A stretch of 32,000 nt of DNA, from assembly GCA_041641295.1 (NCBI GenBank), contig JBEPYO010000001.1:1318038-1350037 (forward strand), given 5' to 3'. The notes beneath the pieces are model-generated. The model had not been told where the DNA came from and did no database searches. It saw nothing but the letters and a program-made list of their open reading frames with translations. Positions within the stretch are counted from its first letter, which is position 1; each line of letters begins with the position of its first letter. The stretch is from Nitrososphaerota archaeon (lineage in GTDB: Archaea > Thermoproteota > Nitrososphaeria_A > Caldarchaeales > Calditenuaceae). The translations under genes were made by a program, and so were the position numbers. Below, piece after piece: positions 1-7,910 of the stretch.

Positions 1-56
1 TCAGTGTCCGACTGAGAAATGAGTAGTCCATTTGAAAACGCATAATCAAAGTATAT

Positions 57-1754
57 ATGCCTGTACAATTCAAAAGATACTGCATGTCTAGGGATGGGAA
101 AATTTCAAGACGTGCTGCGCTAAGCACAGGAGCTAAGGTCGCTACAGCGGCGGTCGTAACCGGTGTTGTGGGCGGAATAGCGGGCTACCTCGCAGGGACC
201 TCCGCCCAGCCGGCCAGAGAGGTCACGAGGACTCTGACACAGACCGTGACGCAGCCCGGAGCCGGAGCCCAAACAGTAACACAGACCGTGACTAGAACAC
301 AGACAGCAACTGTAACAGCCACCGCACCAGTAGGCGAGATAAAGCCGGAGCTGTCCATCACTTTCGCCTCACCGGAGTGGCTGCCAGGAAGGCTCACAGG
401 CCTCATAGCTAAAGACTTCCCCGCTTGGTCTAAGGCCACAATCGGGAAGGCGGTAGAGGTAAAGATGGACCTGATTCCCTGGGACGCTATTTTCGACAGA
501 CTTTCAACAGTACTGGCTGCCAAGTCCAAGGAGCCAACACTTTTGATATCTGACAGCCAGTGGCTCGGCCAGTTCTATGTTGGTGGACATATACGAAGGC
601 TAAACGATATTATCGCGAGGGACCCCGAACTCCAGCAGCTACTCAACAGGTTCGACCCCTCTCTAGTCTACTTCTACATGACGTACCCCCAGGGGAACAC
701 CAATAACATAGTCGGCTTCGCGCATGAGGGTGATGTACTGCTATTCGTCTACAGGTATGACTTATTCTCTCACCCGACAGAGAGGGAGAACTTCAAGGCA
801 CAGTACGGATATGACCTTCCGCTAAACTATGAAGACTGGTACCCAGCACAGCTCGACTGGTACCAGATACGCGACATAGCCAAGTATTTCACTAGGAAGG
901 CTGGTGATGAACTGGCCGGGAAGCGTTTAGAGGAGGACTTCTATGGAATAGCTCTACACATGTCAAGAGCCTACGACGCCATCGCCTGCCCGTTCGGCTC
1001 AATACTGTACAGTCACGGAGAGTATTGGTGGGACCCCGAGACGGGAGAAGTTGAGGGATGGATTAATAGTCCGAGGGCGAGGCAGGCTCTCGAGTTCTAC
1101 GTCTCGCTGGTTCCCTACTCACCACCGAACGCCCTCGAGATATGGTTCGACGAGGCCAATGCCGTGATGCAGGCTGGCAGAGTGGCCATGATCTATAACT
1201 GGGCTGGATTCCTGCCAAGCCTCTTCGACCCCGCGGCATCTAAAGTATACAACGTGATTAGAGTAGTGCCGCCACCTGGTCACAAAGGAGAGGATGGAAT
1301 CTTCAGAAGGTATAGTGGAATTGGAGGACAGCCAATGTGTATAAACGCCTATAGCGACTATGCCGAGGAGGCTCTTGCCTTCATAAAATTCTGGTTCCAG
1401 CCTCAGAATCAGCGGAAATGGGCTGAGGGTGGTGGCGGTGTCTGCATCAGGGACATCATCCAGACCGAGTGGTTCAGAAACCTCACACCATACAACCGGG
1501 CCTATGCCGACTCCATAGCATTCCAGGTCGACTTCTGGAACGTTCCGTTCTTCTTCGAGATGCTGACGGTCGTACAAGAAGAGATACATGCAGCACTAGC
1601 GGGCAGTATTAGTCCACAGACAGCACTAGACAACATGGCACGTCGGCACAAGGAGATAATTGAGAGGGAGAACTACCCCGCAGCGTTTGAGAAATATGGG
1701 AAGCCTGCGAAGAACGTGGCGCAGCTTATAAGACAAGGACTACCCATCGGCTAA
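57..1754 (+). CDS. ABC transporter substrate-binding protein (family 1 / CUT1 sugar-type) with Tat-like signal anchor
   Basis: 565-aa ORF. It has a twin-arginine motif SRRAAL followed by a hydrophobic helix (AKVATAAVVTGVVGGIAGYLAG), then a Thr/Gln-rich linker (TQTVTQPGAGAQTVTQTVTRTQTATVTATAP). It is the first gene of an SBP-permease-permease-ATPase cluster. The true start is probably ATG at 84 (MSRDGKISRRAAL), about 30 nt downstream of the A/T box AAAGTATATAT near 48-58. Confidence 0.85.
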   Translation: MPVQFKRYCMSRDGKISRRAALSTGAKVATAAVVTGVVGGIAGYLAGTSAQPAREVTRTLTQTVTQPGAGAQTVTQTVTRTQTATVTATAPVGEIKPELSITFASPEWLPGRLTGLIAKDFPAWSKATIGKAVEVKMDLIPWDAIFDRLSTVLAAKSKEPTLLISDSQWLGQFYVGGHIRRLNDIIARDPELQQLLNRFDPSLVYFYMTYPQGNTNNIVGFAHEGDVLLFVYRYDLFSHPTERENFKAQYGYDLPLNYEDWYPAQLDWYQIRDIAKYFTRKAGDELAGKRLEEDFYGIALHMSRAYDAIACPFGSILYSHGEYWWDPETGEVEGWINSPRARQALEFYVSLVPYSPPNALEIWFDEANAVMQAGRVAMIYNWAGFLPSLFDPAASKVYNVIRVVPPPGHKGEDGIFRRYSGIGGQPMCINAYSDYAEEALAFIKFWFQPQNQRKWAEGGGGVCIRDIIQTEWFRNLTPYNRAYADSIAFQVDFWNVPFFFEMLTVVQEEIHAALAGSISPQTALDNMARRHKEIIERENYPAAFEKYGKPAKNVAQLIRQGLPIG

Positions 1755-1798
1755 ACCCAAAATAAACTCAAATACACCATTAATTACGTGATTTTTGT

Positions 1799-2677
1799 AT
1801 GACTTTACAAACCGCTACTGGTAGTCGGCTAGTGAAGATTTTCCCCATACTACTCATACTACCTGCAGTTGCACTTGTTACGTTCTTGGTAATCTTCCCA
1901 CTAATCTGGGCTCTCGGCCTTAGCTTCTACTCATATAACGTTATTCGCGGAGAAGCACCTGTTTTCGTCGGTGTCGAGAATTATTACAGGCTCTTAAATA
2001 GTCTGGAGGTGTGGAGGAGATTCGTTTTAACCGGGCAATTCGTCTTCTACGTAGTAAGTATTGAATTCCTAATTGGATTTGGGCTTGCTCTTCTTTTCTA
2101 TAACCAGTTCCGTGGTAGGCGGCTTGCAATAACACTTGTAACAACACCCCTACTAGTGGCACCTGTGGCGGTGGGAATCTTCCATCGATACCTCTTTGAC
2201 GCAACATTTGGCGTCTATAGCTATTTTGCACAGCTGATAACGGGACAGTCAGTCAAGATACTCTCTCAGCACCCAATGTTCGCAATTGTATTCATGGACG
2301 TCTGGCAGTGGTCGCCATTCATGATGCTCTTCATACTTGCTGGCCTCGAAGCAATTCCGAGACACATGTTGGAGTCATCAGAGATTGACCGATTGTCTAT
2401 ATTCAATAAATTCCGATATGTCATCTGGCCCACGATTAGACCGTTGGTGGCTCTTGCCCTTCTTTTTAGGACGATGGACGCCTTCAGGACCTTCGACACA
2501 ATCTTCACTCTGACCGGTGGTGGGCCTGGAACTGCTACTGAGGTGTTGTCAATACAGATTTACCGCATAGCCTTCCAGTTTTTCAGGACAGGTGAGGCCA
2601 CCGCGCTAGCATTTATATTCTTAGTAATCATAGTGCTTTTGACGAACATATATCTCAGGTTGGCGAGGAGGGAGTAG
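1799..2677 (+). CDS. ABC sugar transporter permease (MalF/UgpA-like)
   Basis: 292-aa polytopic membrane ORF with about 6 hydrophobic helices and an EAA-like loop (LESSEIDRLSIFNKFRYVIWPTIRP). It lies immediately after the SBP gene. Confidence 0.9.
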   Translation: MTLQTATGSRLVKIFPILLILPAVALVTFLVIFPLIWALGLSFYSYNVIRGEAPVFVGVENYYRLLNSLEVWRRFVLTGQFVFYVVSIEFLIGFGLALLFYNQFRGRRLAITLVTTPLLVAPVAVGIFHRYLFDATFGVYSYFAQLITGQSVKILSQHPMFAIVFMDVWQWSPFMMLFILAGLEAIPRHMLESSEIDRLSIFNKFRYVIWPTIRPLVALALLFRTMDAFRTFDTIFTLTGGGPGTATEVLSIQIYRIAFQFFRTGEATALAFIFLVIIVLLTNIYLRLARRE

Positions 2678-2679
2678 AG

Positions 2680-3585
2680 ATGGCAAATCATAGAAACAAC
2701 AGGCGTGGCAGGCACAAGGTCGTGAAAACTGTTCTCATCTATCTATTCACCATTATCGCTGTCATCTTCTTCATCTTTCCCATTTACTGGCTCGTAGCCA
2801 CATCGTTGAAGACAAGGGCTCAGGCCTTCAGCACACCGCCACTCTTCGTCTGGGAGCCGACATTTAGAAACTTCATCGATATTTTCCTGAAGAGGCAGAC
2901 AGAGATCGAGGCAATAACCGGGCAGGAGCTAGAGTTGGCCACTGGTGCTGAGACTTTCTTCTACAATAGCTTCGTAGTTACTTTCTCAAGCATCATCATA
3001 GCTACAGTTATAGGGGTTTTCGCCGCATACAGCTTCTCCAGATACAAACCTGCAGGAACTAACACTCTAATGTTCTTCATCCTCTCCACGAGGATGCTGC
3101 CAGCCATCGTAGTTGCCATTCCCATCTACTTCTTTTACAGGAGTCTAGGCCTCTACAACACGTATATCGGACTCATTCTGCTCTACACAATGTTCAACCT
3201 CCCATTCGCGGTCTGGATGATGAAAAGCTTCTTCGACGAGGTGCCTCGTGACATTGAGCAGGCTGCTCTAGTTGATGGCTCAAACCCGGTCAAAGTCTTC
3301 TACAAGATCGCCCTCCCACAAGTGTTGGTGGGCCTGGGGGCAACGATCGGTTTCTTGATAATCAATGTCTGGAACGAATTCCTTTTTGCCTTGCTGCTGA
3401 CAGAGAGGGCGACTCGGACGGTGCCAGTCATGATAGCGGGTACCAGGGGAGAAGTTGGCATCAACTGGGGTCTAATCGCAGCTATAGAGACGCTCTACAT
3501 TCTGCCGGCTCTCGTTCTCATATTCGTTCTTCAGCGCTTCTTACTGAGGGGTATGACGTTCGGTACGGTGAGGGGTGCGAAATAG
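2680..3585 (+). CDS. ABC sugar transporter permease (MalG/UgpE-like)
   Basis: 301-aa membrane ORF with an EAA loop (DIEQAALVDGSNPVKVFYKIALPQ). It starts 3 nt after the previous stop. Confidence 0.9.
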   Translation: MANHRNNRRGRHKVVKTVLIYLFTIIAVIFFIFPIYWLVATSLKTRAQAFSTPPLFVWEPTFRNFIDIFLKRQTEIEAITGQELELATGAETFFYNSFVVTFSSIIIATVIGVFAAYSFSRYKPAGTNTLMFFILSTRMLPAIVVAIPIYFFYRSLGLYNTYIGLILLYTMFNLPFAVWMMKSFFDEVPRDIEQAALVDGSNPVKVFYKIALPQVLVGLGATIGFLIINVWNEFLFALLLTERATRTVPVMIAGTRGEVGINWGLIAAIETLYILPALVLIFVLQRFLLRGMTFGTVRGAK

Positions 3586-4674
3586 TTGACAAGGGTCGAG
3601 ATACGTGGCTTAAAGAAGTCTTTTGGGGCTGTTGAGGCGCTTAGGGGGGTTAACTTGGAGGTTGAGTCTGGCGCTCTAGTAGCGCTATTAGGGCCGACAG
3701 GTGCTGGAAAGACGACCCTCCTTAAGTGCATCGCCGGTGTTGAAGAGCCTGATGCCGGGGATATACTCTTCGATGGACAGAGTGTGTTGAGAACTCCAGC
3801 TTGGAGACGAGATGTGGCCATGTTCTTCCAAACTTATGCGCTCTATCCCCACATGAGTGTATACGACAATATAGCTTACCCGTTAAGGGAGCGTAAATGG
3901 AGCCGACAAGACATTGACAGGTCGGTGAAGGCTGTGGCAGAGAAGCTGAGGATAGCCCATCTCCTGGACAGGAAAGACCCGTCTACACTTAGCGGTGGCG
4001 AGATGCAGCGTGTAGCACTTGCACGTACACTGGTCAGGAATCCGAAAGTCTTTCTCCTCGATGAGCCCATCTCGAACCTTGACGCCAAGCTTAGGGAGGA
4101 GATGAGGACAGAGTTCAAAAGGCTGCACAGGGAGTTGAAACAGACAATCATTTACGCTACCCCCGACTTCTTGGAGGCTTTTGCAGTTGCCGAGAAAGTA
4201 GCGGTGATAAAGGACGGCGTGATATTGCAGTATGATACTCCCATGAATTTGCTGAGAAGGCCGAAAAACAGGTTTGTAGCCACTTTCATTGGCAGTCCCA
4301 CCATAAACATTATGCGTGGCGTCATTAGGCGGGTGGCTCATGGCTGGGAGTTCTCAACAACAGGTCTGAAAATCCAGCTGAGCAACATAGGAGCCTCTTC
4401 CAAGCTCTTGGACGGCTCCGAAGTGGAGCTTGCGGTCAGACCCCAAGATATAGTCTTGGAGGCTTCTAAGAACGGCAATGCCTTCAAGGCAAAGATTCTG
4501 GCCGCGGAGAGGCTGGGATATGAAACGATAGTTACCCTGAGTCTCGGCGAGGTCGAGTTGAAGGCAGTGACTAAGGGGATGAGGTCATATAAATATGGTG
4601 ATGAAGTGACAATCAATATTCCGGGTGATAGGGTCATCCTATTTGACGTGTCAAGTGGGGAGGCGATGTATTAG
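3586..4674 (+). CDS. ABC transporter ATP-binding protein, MalK/UgpC type (NBD-1, non-canonical H-loop)
   Basis: Walker A GPTGAGKTT, Q-loop MFFQTYALYP, signature LSGGEMQRV, Walker B VFLLDEP, D-loop SNLD. The switch region is IIYATPDFLEA where the consensus is YVTHDQ.EA, so His is replaced by Pro. The MalK-type C-terminal domain begins FIGSPTINIM. TTG start directly after the upstream stop. Confidence 0.9.
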   Translation: MTRVEIRGLKKSFGAVEALRGVNLEVESGALVALLGPTGAGKTTLLKCIAGVEEPDAGDILFDGQSVLRTPAWRRDVAMFFQTYALYPHMSVYDNIAYPLRERKWSRQDIDRSVKAVAEKLRIAHLLDRKDPSTLSGGEMQRVALARTLVRNPKVFLLDEPISNLDAKLREEMRTEFKRLHRELKQTIIYATPDFLEAFAVAEKVAVIKDGVILQYDTPMNLLRRPKNRFVATFIGSPTINIMRGVIRRVAHGWEFSTTGLKIQLSNIGASSKLLDGSEVELAVRPQDIVLEASKNGNAFKAKILAAERLGYETIVTLSLGEVELKAVTKGMRSYKYGDEVTINIPGDRVILFDVSSGEAMY

Positions 4675-4947
4675 ATGAAGAAGAACTTACTAGAAAGGGT
4701 TGGGCTTGCCTTGTCCTTCATCGGTCTTGGACTCGTATTCCAGCCCTTTAGTAGCGAGCTACTATACTATGGTTTTATCCTGATAGGAATCGGAGGGTTC
4801 ACATACGTCTACTCGACCTACTTGCCGAATAATCCTAGCGGTGAGGTCGGTCTCAGAACTATGGTGAGGTGGCTCGTGACACTCGTGGGTGTTGTAGTAT
4901 TCTTTGTTATGCTATCGATTTATCTTGTCCCTCTCTTGGTGGTGTAG
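4675..4947 (+). CDS. small integral membrane protein (3 predicted TM helices), unknown function
   Basis: 90-aa ORF. Its ATG abuts the stop of NBD-1 (TAGATG) and its stop lies 5 nt before the likely start of NBD-2. Three hydrophobic stretches: VGLALSFIGLGLVF, LLYYGFILIGIGGFTYVY, WLVTLVGVVVFFVMLSIYLVPLLVV. Confidence 0.5.
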   Translation: MKKNLLERVGLALSFIGLGLVFQPFSSELLYYGFILIGIGGFTYVYSTYLPNNPSGEVGLRTMVRWLVTLVGVVVFFVMLSIYLVPLLVV

Positions 4948-4952
4948 GTGGT

Positions 4953-6047
4953 TTGGTGAAGGTACGCGCTGAGAATGTAACCAAGATTTTCAAGACGTTG
5001 AAGGCGTTAGACAACGTCTCAGTAACTGTTGACCATGGGTTATTCTTTTGTCTTCTTGGACCTAGCGGGTCGGGCAAAACTACTTTGATGAGGATTATAG
5101 CCGGTCTGGAGACCCCTACGAGCGGCTCAATATTCTTCGACGATGAGGATGTCACCGGCTTATCACCGTCTGAGAGGAATATAGCTATGGTTTTCCAGTT
5201 CCCCTCAATATATCCGAGCCTAAACGTGTACGACAACATCGCTTTAGCCATCAGACGAGAGGTCAAAAGCAAGCAGGAGGAGCGTGAAAGGGTTAAGTGG
5301 GCTGCCTCTCTTCTCCGCATAGAAGAGCATCTGAATAAGAGGCATCATGAGATTGACTTTGGGATACTGCAGCGCGTATCCATAGCTAAAGCGATAGTGA
5401 GGAATGCGCAGGTATACATATTCGACGAGCCACTCAGCAACCTCGACACGAAACTGAGAGAATCTTTGAGGTCCGAGTTCCAGCGCATACACAGGGAGGT
5501 CGGAGGCACCTTCATCTACGTCACCCATGACCAGTTGGAAGCCATGGCGATAGCTGATAAGATAGGTATACTTCGAGATGGACGGCTCCAGCAGGTGGGA
5601 ACTCCTGACGAGATCTACTACCATCCCGTTAACAAGTTTGTCGCCTATTTCATAGGTTCACCCACTATCAACTTCATCGATACGAGACTGAGGCTGGTTG
5701 AGGGTAGGCTCTATGCTATGGTTGGGGACTCGCATATAGAGTTAGGAGAGGCGGCTAAACTCGCGCTACAGTCGCGACAGGACAAGCTAGAAAATATGCA
5801 GCTGGGTGTGAGGCCTCACGACATCAGCATATCTACCACTCCAGTAAGCGGCTCAATTCCATGCCTCGTAAATTACATAGAGTCGCTTGGTACAGAGCTC
5901 CTTGTAGAGTTAAAGAGTGGGTCTGCAACATTCAAGTGTCTCTGCGACGCGGCCCTAAACATTAAAGAGGGTATGCAGGTTTATGCTGTTTTCAACAAGG
6001 AGCACATCCACGTGATAGACCCTGAGACGGAGAAGGTAATTATTTAA
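4953..6047 (+). CDS. ABC transporter ATP-binding protein, MalK/UgpC type (NBD-2, degenerate signature motif)
   Basis: Walker A GPSGSGKTT, Q-loop MVFQFPSIYP, Walker B VYIFDEP, H-loop IYVTHDQLEA. The signature position reads IDFGILQRV instead of LSGGQ.QRV. MalK-type C-terminal domain FIGSPTINFID. The ORF track starts at 4869, but that extension overlaps the small membrane gene. TTG 4953 or GTG 4956, just after its stop, fits better. Confidence 0.9.
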   Translation: MVKVRAENVTKIFKTLKALDNVSVTVDHGLFFCLLGPSGSGKTTLMRIIAGLETPTSGSIFFDDEDVTGLSPSERNIAMVFQFPSIYPSLNVYDNIALAIRREVKSKQEERERVKWAASLLRIEEHLNKRHHEIDFGILQRVSIAKAIVRNAQVYIFDEPLSNLDTKLRESLRSEFQRIHREVGGTFIYVTHDQLEAMAIADKIGILRDGRLQQVGTPDEIYYHPVNKFVAYFIGSPTINFIDTRLRLVEGRLYAMVGDSHIELGEAAKLALQSRQDKLENMQLGVRPHDISISTTPVSGSIPCLVNYIESLGTELLVELKSGSATFKCLCDAALNIKEGMQVYAVFNKEHIHVIDPETEKVII

Positions 6048-6052
6048 GATAT

Positions 6053-6637
6053 TTGGGTAGAGTTTGTGGCCGAGGTATATTGTCGGGGCTTGTCCCGCCT
6101 TGGTGGCGTGTTTTTTGCGAGCCGGGGTCGGAATGGATTGTTGACGATTTTGCAACCGTGCTTTCCGAACTTGAGAAGAGGCCGCCGAATAGACAGCTCC
6201 TCAGTCCTGTGGTGAGTAGCTTCATAGCGGGATTACTCCAAGCCTCAGGCGGGCTGGGATACTTACAGGTCTCTGAAAACCCAATGATCTTCACCCCATT
6301 CGTCGCGCTGAGCTGTGACGAGGATACGGCCTCTTTTGTTATTAGGCAGGTGGGTGATGCGTGGCTGTCAAAGAGGGGCTCGAGGACGGTGGTTTACATC
6401 TTGGGGCTGAGGGCCGTGATACTGTTAAAGGTCATAGGCCCCTACCTCCGCGGCTTTAAGCACATAGTTTATGACGCTCTGGTTAGCTATGGTTACAAGT
6501 TGGGCGAAGATGGTCCCTCAAGGGTTGCTCGGAGGCATGGCTTGTCTTTCCGCTCCTCGATAGTTACCTTAGAAGGTAGGCGGTTAAGGCAAATAATTTT
6601 TGAGGGGCTTAGAAGACAGAGAGTCTCCTCTACTTGA
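6053..6637 (+). CDS. hypothetical protein with a single degenerate LAGLIDADG-like motif
   Basis: The 194-aa ORF contains FIAGLLQASGG (compare LAGLIDADG) followed by a pattern typical of the LAGLIDADG fold: beta hairpin GYLQVS..FTPFVALS, helix DEDTASFVIRQVG, strands RTVVYILG, helix LRAVILLKVIGPYLRGFKH. There is no in-frame ATG before the motif, so the start is uncertain (TTG 6053, GTG about 6158 or about 6209). Confidence 0.35.
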   Translation: MGRVCGRGILSGLVPPWWRVFCEPGSEWIVDDFATVLSELEKRPPNRQLLSPVVSSFIAGLLQASGGLGYLQVSENPMIFTPFVALSCDEDTASFVIRQVGDAWLSKRGSRTVVYILGLRAVILLKVIGPYLRGFKHIVYDALVSYGYKLGEDGPSRVARRHGLSFRSSIVTLEGRRLRQIIFEGLRRQRVSST

Positions 6638-7040
6638 CAGCATATATCTTGAGTTTAAGGCCGTCGGGACCAGCTACTCCCTCAGCAAACCCCAAAGTCC
6701 AGTTCAGATGTCTGAGCTCGGGTATCGCTGTCTGGAAAAGAACAAACGCCCTTACATTGTATCCCTGGCCAGCGGGGACGGCGTATCCGCGCCTGAGTGC
6801 CGAGATTACACCCTTATCTGTCTTTATAGTCTCGTGCACATGGACATAGACACCGTCTCCACGATCCGTCTTAACCGTTGACCCATAGTCTACCCCCTCA
6901 TATGAGCCATTTATTTTCCCCGAGACCTTTCCCTGCAGGTAGAAGTCGGTCCTACCACCTGTAGCTCCGCCACCGACCTCAACAGTCCTAACTATCTTAG
7001 CTTCCAGCTCATAGAGAAGCTCTAAATCCATCGATATCAC
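6630..7040 (-). CDS. DUF3237-like small beta-barrel protein
   Basis: 136-aa ORF. The pattern LELLYELEAKI..VEVGGGATGGRTDFYLQGKVSGKINGSYEG......DGVYVHVHETIKTDKGVIS....NWTLGFAEG...LKLKIYAV resembles my recollection of the DUF3237/UPF0311 family. Its ATGA overlaps the stop of the upstream hydrolase gene. Confidence 0.5.
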   Translation of the reverse strand: MISMDLELLYELEAKIVRTVEVGGGATGGRTDFYLQGKVSGKINGSYEGVDYGSTVKTDRGDGVYVHVHETIKTDKGVISALRRGYAVPAGQGYNVRAFVLFQTAIPELRHLNWTLGFAEGVAGPDGLKLKIYAVK

Positions 7041-7867
7041 CTCTCCACAAACCAGGCTGATTCTGCGACGTATCTTAGACTCTCTCCTGGATTGAGGAAA
7101 ACGAGGTTAGTGGATGGCGACATGACAGAGACGGCCTGTCTAAGTTTCTCTTTATCAAGCCTCTGCCTCGGGAATGTATCGTAGTGGCATGGAATGGCTA
7201 TCTTTGGTTTCAATATCTTGCACGCATATGCAAACTCTCTTATGCCCATGTTATACTGGCCTCCGGCGGTCATTATGCATATTTCAGGGCTGTATAACTC
7301 CTGAATCATGTGCATCTCCATCGAGACTCCCGTGTCTCCTGATGCATAGATCACAGGGCCGTCGGGGAATGATATCACATACCCAGCCGCGGCGTCCGGA
7401 TACCTAGTCTTGTTTTTTACATAGTCGTAATGCATAATGCTGCTTGAGTGGAATGCAGGAACCATGGTGTATGTGACTCCCCTAATATTGCAGCTTCCAC
7501 CCACATTGAGTGGGTACATCCAATAGTTCCTCCCCGATTTTGGGTCTGGGTCTGAGTCGTATGGTATTCCATGTATGTCGGCATACATTCCAACCTCTGG
7601 GGTGCATATCAGGCATGCGCCGGTCTTCTTCACGATCTCGATAGCGTGTCCAATATGGTCTATGTGGCCGTGTGTGACAAGGACCACAGTCGCCTCCTTT
7701 ACATCGTCAAGGCCGATAGGGCTTACAGGACTGGTCCATCCACCTGCGATTCCGGGAGACTTGAGCCACGGGTCGAGATAGATCTTCTCATCTTTCCACT
7801 CGATATAGAATGATGCGTGCCCGATATATTGTATCTTAACTTCTGGCATAGCGTTGTGAAAAAGCAT
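7037..7867 (-). CDS. metallo-beta-lactamase-fold metal-dependent hydrolase
   Basis: 276-aa ORF with the HxHxDH motif (VLVTHGHIDHIGH) and downstream His/Asp ligand positions (FHSSS, SGDTG, PCHYDTF). Confidence 0.8.
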   Translation of the reverse strand: MLFHNAMPEVKIQYIGHASFYIEWKDEKIYLDPWLKSPGIAGGWTSPVSPIGLDDVKEATVVLVTHGHIDHIGHAIEIVKKTGACLICTPEVGMYADIHGIPYDSDPDPKSGRNYWMYPLNVGGSCNIRGVTYTMVPAFHSSSIMHYDYVKNKTRYPDAAAGYVISFPDGPVIYASGDTGVSMEMHMIQELYSPEICIMTAGGQYNMGIREFAYACKILKPKIAIPCHYDTFPRQRLDKEKLRQAVSVMSPSTNLVFLNPGESLRYVAESAWFVER

Positions 7868-7910
7868 CTGGATGATATATAAGCGTTATACTCTATACTC
7901 GTTGCACTGA

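Noticed and set aside
185-5624. Numerous antisense or alternative-frame ORFs inside the ABC operon (for example 185-529, 1119-1589, 1941-2231, 3883-4341, 4338-4637, 4907-5320, 5244-5624)
   Set aside because: They lie wholly within well-supported CDSs on the opposite strand or in another frame. They have no recognisable motifs and show a typical shadow-ORF composition. The same reasoning applies to similar ORFs elsewhere, such as 9387-9680, 13168-13431, 18935-19246, 29436-29906 and 30672-30995.
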